Below are positions 58,083 to 64,000 of a stretch of 64,000 bases of DNA, piece after piece. The DNA is from Octopus vulgaris. Taxonomy: Eukaryota. The notes beneath the pieces are model-generated. The model worked only from the letters and a program-made list of their open reading frames with translations. It did not search any database and was not told the DNA's origin. Both the position numbers and the translations under genes were made by a program. Position 1 is the first letter of the stretch, and the number at the start of each line of letters is the position of its first letter. The stretch spans positions 6,386,001 through 6,450,000 of the forward strand of contig CATOCA020000001.1 of assembly GCA_951406725.2 (NCBI GenBank), given 5' to 3'.

Positions 58083-60413
58083 TTTTTTAGACCCAATACG
58101 CAAACACAGAGACACAAGATAGCACCAAACAAGCAGGAGGAACCAAAAGTAATAAAAATTATTAATCTAACTCACAAGGAACTAACAGCAAACCAAATAA
58201 ACATACTTTCCAAAGGACTCAAGTTTACACCCACCCCACAACACCCCAACTACAATGAAATGAAAGAAGACATCGCAGAATTCTGCAGAAAATTAAGACT
58301 TACTGAGGAGCTATACGATAAATACAACGAGGACGAATCGTTAGCCAGAAATAGGAGTAACTACACCCCCTCGAAAGGTAAGAATAAAACACTTGATGAT
58401 TTCTGTGACCACATATCAAATTACCCATATCAACATATGCACAAACAAAAACACAAACCAAACTTCAGCAAAAAAGAATGGGCTGAGTTGAACAAATTAA
58501 AACTAGATAAAACAATAACAATCAAAGAGGCCGATAAAGGGAGTGCTGTTGTCTTAATGGATACGACATTTTACATAACTTTGGTACTTTCTATGCTGGA
58601 AGACACAACATACTATGAAAAGGCACAAAACTACAGTCAACAAAAAATAATGAGGGAACTAAAATCCATATTAAACCCATACAAAGCAGGGCTCACCGAC
58701 AAAGAATATGATTATATGACCAATTTCACAAGTAAAACTAGCCAATTCTACGGTATACCTAAGATCCACAAAAGTGAAAAAATAAGCAACGCATGCAAGA
58801 TAGCTACAGACAAAATAATTAAAGTCCCTAATCCTAATGACCTCAAATTGAGACCCATAATAGCAGGTCCCGCATGCGAAACCCACCGCCTCAGTAACTT
58901 TTTAGACACCCTGTTAAAACCACTCCTCAAACATGTCAAAAGCTATATAAGGGACGACTTAGATATGCTCAATCACCTACCGAATACTATAAACAAAAAC
59001 ACCATACTGGTATCCTTCGATGTAGTCAACCTCTACTCCAATATCCCCCACAACCTAGGACTAGAGGCAATCCAATTCTGGCTAGAGAATCACGCCAACG
59101 AACTACCACACCGCATCAAAAAAGAATTTGTGATAGAAGGGGTTAAATTCATCCTGGAAAATAACTTCTTCGCCTTCAATGACAACTTCTACCGACAAAA
59201 ATCGGGGACTGCGATGGGTACACGAATGGCCCCCTCCTTTGCCAACCTAGTCATAGGATACCTAGAGATCAGTCTGTATCGTAAGGTTCTAGAAAGATAT
59301 GGCAGCCCTTTCTCCATCTACATAGAAAACAACTGGAAGAGATATCTAGATGACTGTTTCATCCTTTGGCATAAAAATATAGAAAAACTCATAGAATTCC
59401 AGAAAATTTTAAACGGACTGGACGTAAACATCCAATTCACGATGGAATATAGCCAACAACAACTCCCCTTCCTCGATATCCTCATTAAGAAAGCTAATAA
59501 TATAATGGAAACAGACATATACTATAAGCCTACAGACTCTAAGCAATATCTTCCATTCAATTCATGCCACCCCAGACACACCAGGATGAATATCCCCTTC
59601 AATCTAGCAAAAAGGATATGCACTATAGTCTCTAACGCAAACACCAGAGACACACGACTACAAGAACTAAAAGATACCCTAATCACCAGGAACTATCCAC
59701 CTTCACTTATTGACAAGTGCATTCAACGTGCCCTTCAACTTAACATCAAGGAACTGAGACATCCCAAATCAAAGAAAAACTTACAACCAAAAGCCTTACC
59801 ATACATCTCCACACACAACCCTCTCAATAACGAAGCCTTCGACACCATCCTCCACAACATACCCCTCCTAAAAAAAGACCACAGAATGAACACAATCCTC
59901 CAAACACACACGATCATAAAAAGCAAAAGACAGCCTAGATCCATGAAAAGTCTCCTTACACAAGCCCGAATTCACTCTTCAACACAGAAGCCGACAGTAA
60001 AAAAATGTGGAAGACCCAATTGCGGGATATGCGACTATCTAATCGAGGGTTCTGAGTTCTCCTTCAAACAGGGACAACGGTTTACAGTGAAAAGCAACTT
60101 CACATGTGCTTCGGAGAACCTAATATACTCACTAACCTGCTCCGGGTGTCAAGAGCAGTACATAGGCCAAACAAAAAATGGTTTGCGTAAACGAATGGCC
60201 CTGCACAGATCCCAGATAAAAATTCCCCAAAACAGAAAAATAGCTTTTAGCCAACACATAGATACTTGCGCCAACAAAAAAACACCAAACTTCAGAATTT
60301 TCCCCCTCTACCAATTTAGGGACGATACAACCTCGAGACAAAGAATAAGTAAAGAAAATCTCTTTATTACAAAATACAAGCCACTTCTTAACGGGTCTAC
60401 GACAAACAATTAA
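58083..60413 (+). CDS. PLE reverse transcriptase plus GIY-YIG endonuclease
   Basis: IINLT..LSKGLKFTPTP (upstream of ATG 58260), KEADKG, FYGIPKIHK, LRPII, SFDVVNLY, GTAMG, RYLDD, PFLD, CGRPNCGIC, NLIYSLTC..YIGQT..R..H; frame intact. Confidence 0.95.
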   Translation, partial: FFRPNTQTQRHKIAPNKQEEPKVIKIINLTHKELTANQINILSKGLKFTPTPQHPNYNEMKEDIAEFCRKLRLTEELYDKYNEDESLARNRSNYTPSKGKNKTLDDFCDHISNYPYQHMHKQKHKPNFSKKEWAELNKLKLDKTITIKEADKGSAVVLMDTTFYITLVLSMLEDTTYYEKAQNYSQQKIMRELKSILNPYKAGLTDKEYDYMTNFTSKTSQFYGIPKIHKSEKISNACKIATDKIIKVPNPNDLKLRPIIAGPACETHRLSNFLDTLLKPLLKHVKSYIRDDLDMLNHLPNTINKNTILVSFDVVNLYSNIPHNLGLEAIQFWLENHANELPHRIKKEFVIEGVKFILENNFFAFNDNFYRQKSGTAMGTRMAPSFANLVIGYLEISLYRKVLERYGSPFSIYIENNWKRYLDDCFILWHKNIEKLIEFQKILNGLDVNIQFTMEYSQQQLPFLDILIKKANNIMETDIYYKPTDSKQYLPFNSCHPRHTRMNIPFNLAKRICTIVSNANTRDTRLQELKDTLITRNYPPSLIDKCIQRALQLNIKELRHPKSKKNLQPKALPYISTHNPLNNEAFDTILHNIPLLKKDHRMNTILQTHTIIKSKRQPRSMKSLLTQARIHSSTQKPTVKKCGRPNCGICDYLIEGSEFSFKQGQRFTVKSNFTCASENLIYSLTCSGCQEQYIGQTKNGLRKRMALHRSQIKIPQNRKIAFSQHIDTCANKKTPNFRIFPLYQFRDDTTSRQRISKENLFITKYKPLLNGSTTNN

Positions 60414-61103
60414 TATACCTCAACTTTAGAATAAAAGAAAAAAATATATATACACACACACATACTACACTCCATAGAATCCATTACTAATCAGCCCCTT
60501 CATAGCTATATTTACACCCATTCATATTCTCCCTTCTCTGTTTTTTTCTTCTTCTTCTTCTTCATCATCATCGTTATCATCATCATCGGCGTCATCATCA
60601 TCGCCACCATCATCACCACCATCTTCTCCTCCTCCTTCTTCTTCTTCTTCTTCATCATCATCGTTATCATCATCATCGTCGTCATAATCATCACCACCAT
60701 CACCATCATCTTCTCCTTCTCCTTCTTCTTCTTCTTCTTCTTCTTCTTCTTCTTCTCCACCCCCTACCCCTTAAGTTTGTCACTAATGTTTTTAGTATAA
60801 CACCTACGCTAATTCTATAAACAAGCCTGTCGATATAAATATTCTCCTGAATTGAACTGAGACTGCCAGCCGCCACTGACCATTCAAAATACGACCATCA
60901 GGGCACTCCCAGATTCTCCCACCCCCCTTTCCTCACCAGCCTTCCCTCTACTACCCTACCAAGAACTCACAACTACCTCGAACACACAAGTGCAAACAAG
61001 GGAGTCAGAGAAAGGCAGAATGCCACTTAAATCTGAACACTACTATAGAAATATTGTTTTAAAAAAACTTTTCTTCTAATTTTTCTAAATTTAATTATTT
61101 AAT

Positions 61104-61151
61104 CGTTACAGTTGAAAAGGTCTCAAAATGACCGAAACCGGTACTGAAATG
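61104..61151 (+). ncRNA. Minimal type I hammerhead, U3-A8 variant, in the PLE 3' terminus
   Basis: CAG-TTGAAAA-GGTC tcaaaat GACC-GAAA-CCGG-TA-CTG; palindromic ACCGGT stem III; predicted cleavage after 61143. Confidence 0.8.
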
Positions 61152-61233
61152 TTCACTATAAAATTATTTTAGCATTTTCTATTTTTTACTTGTTTTTTCA
61201 TATATATCAACTCGTGTGTTCCTTTTCACCCTT

Positions 61234-61275
<42 letters not shown>

Positions 61276-62116
61276 TTCTACTTGTTTCAGTCATTTGGCT
61301 GTGGCCATACTGGAGAAACGCCTTTAGTCGAGCAAATCGACCCCAGGGCTTATTCTTTCTAAGCCAAGGACTTATTCTATTGGTATCGTTTGCCGAACCG
61401 CTAAGTTACGGTTACGTATACAAACGAACATTGGTTTGTTAGTCGATAGTAGGGGGACAACCACAAACATACAAATACACACACACACAGATATATATAT
61501 ACGACAGGCTTCTTTCAGTTTCTTTCTACCAAGTCGACTCACAAGGCGGCCCGAGGCTATAGTAGAGGGACTTGCCGAAGATGCCACGCAGTGAGACTGA
61601 ACCAGGAACCATGTCTTTGGGAAGCAAGATTCTTACCACACAGCCATGTATATTCTTTTATTTTCTTATTTTTTTCAGTCATTTGCATACGACCATACTG
61701 GAGCAACACATTGTGGAACAATTCAACAGTGGGATCTCTTATTCTGAAGCCTTGTAGTGATTTTATCGCTCTGTTTACCCGAACCGACCGGTTACGGGAC
61801 GGAAAAACATTAACACCAGTTGTCAAGGGTTAATAGAAGGACAAACAGATGCAAAAACAGAGAAGTATGTATACATACATATATATCTGTACACATATAC
61901 ATATATAATAAATAATATTTCAAATGTGTACATATATATATATATATGATGGGATTCTTTCAGTTTCCGTCTACTAAATCCACTTACAGGACTTTGGTCG
62001 TTTGGAGGCTATAGTAGAAGAGACCCAAGTTTGCCACGAGGTGGCACTGAACCTGAAACACTGTGGATAGTAAGCAACGTATTTACCACAACCACACCTG
62101 CACTTATATGAGTGAG

Positions 62117-62147
<31 letters not shown>

Positions 62148-62901
62148 GGAGAAAGAGAGACAGGGTGAGAGAGGAGGGGGAGCAAGTTATAAATTCTTGG
62201 TATTAATAAAATACATCCCAAATTTCCCAGTTTAGACAAATTGAGGACACAACATAAACATAGTAATTATATCTTTAATTACTTCAAATTAGCTGTAATT
62301 ATGCAATTTCAATGTGCTTTACTGCTCACAGGCTTAATTTCAGCCTGTTCATATTTGAAAACTATTCTTTATTTCATTTACGGGATTATTATATATCTGG
62401 AAAGGTATTATTACCCTCTCATCTCATTCATCATCTCACCTTGTATTCTCCCGTTTAGAGGTGCCATGATCAACTGCATTTTATATTTCATATATATTTA
62501 GGGGAACAGGACAATCGAAGGAGACTTTTGGTATCGCTAAGCCTAACAGAAATAGCAGTTGACAAATATGCCAGGAAAAGATCGTTTGGAATTCGTATTA
62601 AAGATTTAGGACGAGAAATAGGGAAAGGGTTAGAATATAAGTTGTAGCTATGGGTGAGATTTAAGGGATACATTATACAGGTTATGTTTACATACATATG
62701 GAGAGAGTAAGAGAGAAGAATAATATGAATAATATTAATGTTGAAGTGGTGCCTTTTTAATATCCAATGATTAAAATAGAGAAATGTGAAAAGAAATGTG
62801 TAAATAAAATTAGAAGATAATCTTTACTTGTAATATATGTGGTATATTCATATGTGTGTGTGAATAAACAGAGAAATAAAGCGTTAGATGTGCGCATATA
62901 T

Positions 62902-62943
<42 letters not shown>

Positions 62944-63171
62944 GTATACGTGTGTGAACATCTATTTGTATGCATTCATGTATGAATTTATGTACACTAA
63001 TTACACACACACACACACATATTTATAGTTAGGGGTGGACTGGTGGAGCGGTGGTGGTGATGTTTGAGATGACATCATTCTTACGGATGATGTCATCTCC
63101 AACACCATAAATTATTCTCTCAAAGCACTAGAATGCTGGCTAATATTACAAAAGATCGATAACTGTAATCA

Positions 63172-63218
<47 letters not shown>

Positions 63219-64000
63219 TGTGTGTGTGTGTATACACACACACATGTATATGCAGGTGTGTGTGTCTGTCTGTGTTGCTACAGAGATTAGAAAATGTAAA
63301 TGCATAGATATATTGACGTTAATGAATTCCTTTCTAAACGAAAAATTATTGAAGAAAGCTTATGATACTGAGCACGAAAGGAAAATTTACTATAATTAAA
63401 AGATCGCTGACGTAGACGTTGGCGAAATTTCAGCTCAGAATGTAGAAACAGACGAAATACCGCTATTCGATCCGTTAATTTCCCTCTTAACAGTTTTGAC
63501 ATATTTATAACCAAACTATATATTTCATTTTGTAAATGTAAATGAAACATTTTGCTCGTAATGTAACATTGTAAAAGGTAACATTTTCTTGTCTATATGC
63601 CCGGACATAGAACAATATAAAAGAATATTTATGCTTGAAATAGTTCAAATGGATGCTTTTACAATGTAAATATGTTAATTAAAATAATTAAAGCAACAAT
63701 ATTTACCTAGTTAAGATTAAGATGTCGAATTCAGCGTTGGGTGTTTGTGTCTCAGAAATTCAAGTTGTGCTCGTTCGAACAGTCAGCAAATTGTGAGGTT
63801 TCGATTTTATTACATACCCGGAAGTAGTTTATAGATAAGTGGGTGTTAACTTGGCATTTGTGTGTATATATGTGTGACACTTTGTTTAAATGTCTCTCTA
63901 CGCAATTATGCTGTAGTGTCCGTGTGTGTGTGTTGCCTTGTGTAAATATCTCTGTGTATGTATATTGTAGTGTGTGTCTGTGGGTGCGTATATTTGATTA

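Larger units (their letters stand above)
57085..61200 (+). mobile_element. Penelope-like retroelement (endonuclease-containing, Neptune-like), 5'-truncated with inversion
   Basis: Upstream ORF, RT-GIY-YIG ORF, microsatellite-rich 3' UTR and terminal HHR; both outer ends abut (TA)n. Confidence 0.93.

Overview
Repeat-saturated animal genomic DNA. The tRNA-derived SINE types, the (TA)n/(CA)n/(CAT)n load and the LINE repertoire suggest an octopus, but this is an inference. One host gene is visible: a minus-strand ankyrin-repeat gene with five phase-compatible coding exons (31197 down to 8049, about 194 aa) and introns filled with giant simple-sequence arrays. The main signal is a Penelope-like element (PLE) / hammerhead-ribozyme (HHR) system inserted into (TA)n microsatellites. 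It comprises: (i) a young RT + GIY-YIG PLE with a 2.3-kb inverted duplication, a coiled-coil upstream ORF and an in-phase T-TTT-TTA slippery site; (ii) an 11.4 x 362-bp non-coding tandem array with one type-I HHR per unit (retrozyme-like); (iii) an unrelated 360-bp HHR unit; (iv) further HHR-bearing fragments. The HHRs in (i)-(iii) all carry the non-canonical compensatory U3-A8 core (UUGANAA). Also present: RTE, CR1, HERO-like and Tx1/L1-like LINE fragments, a Gypsy LTR/PBS/gag remnant, Helitron pieces, MITE-like palindromes and many SINEs. Most ORFs in the supplied track are microsatellite artefacts. Repeat boundaries were read by eye and are approximate.
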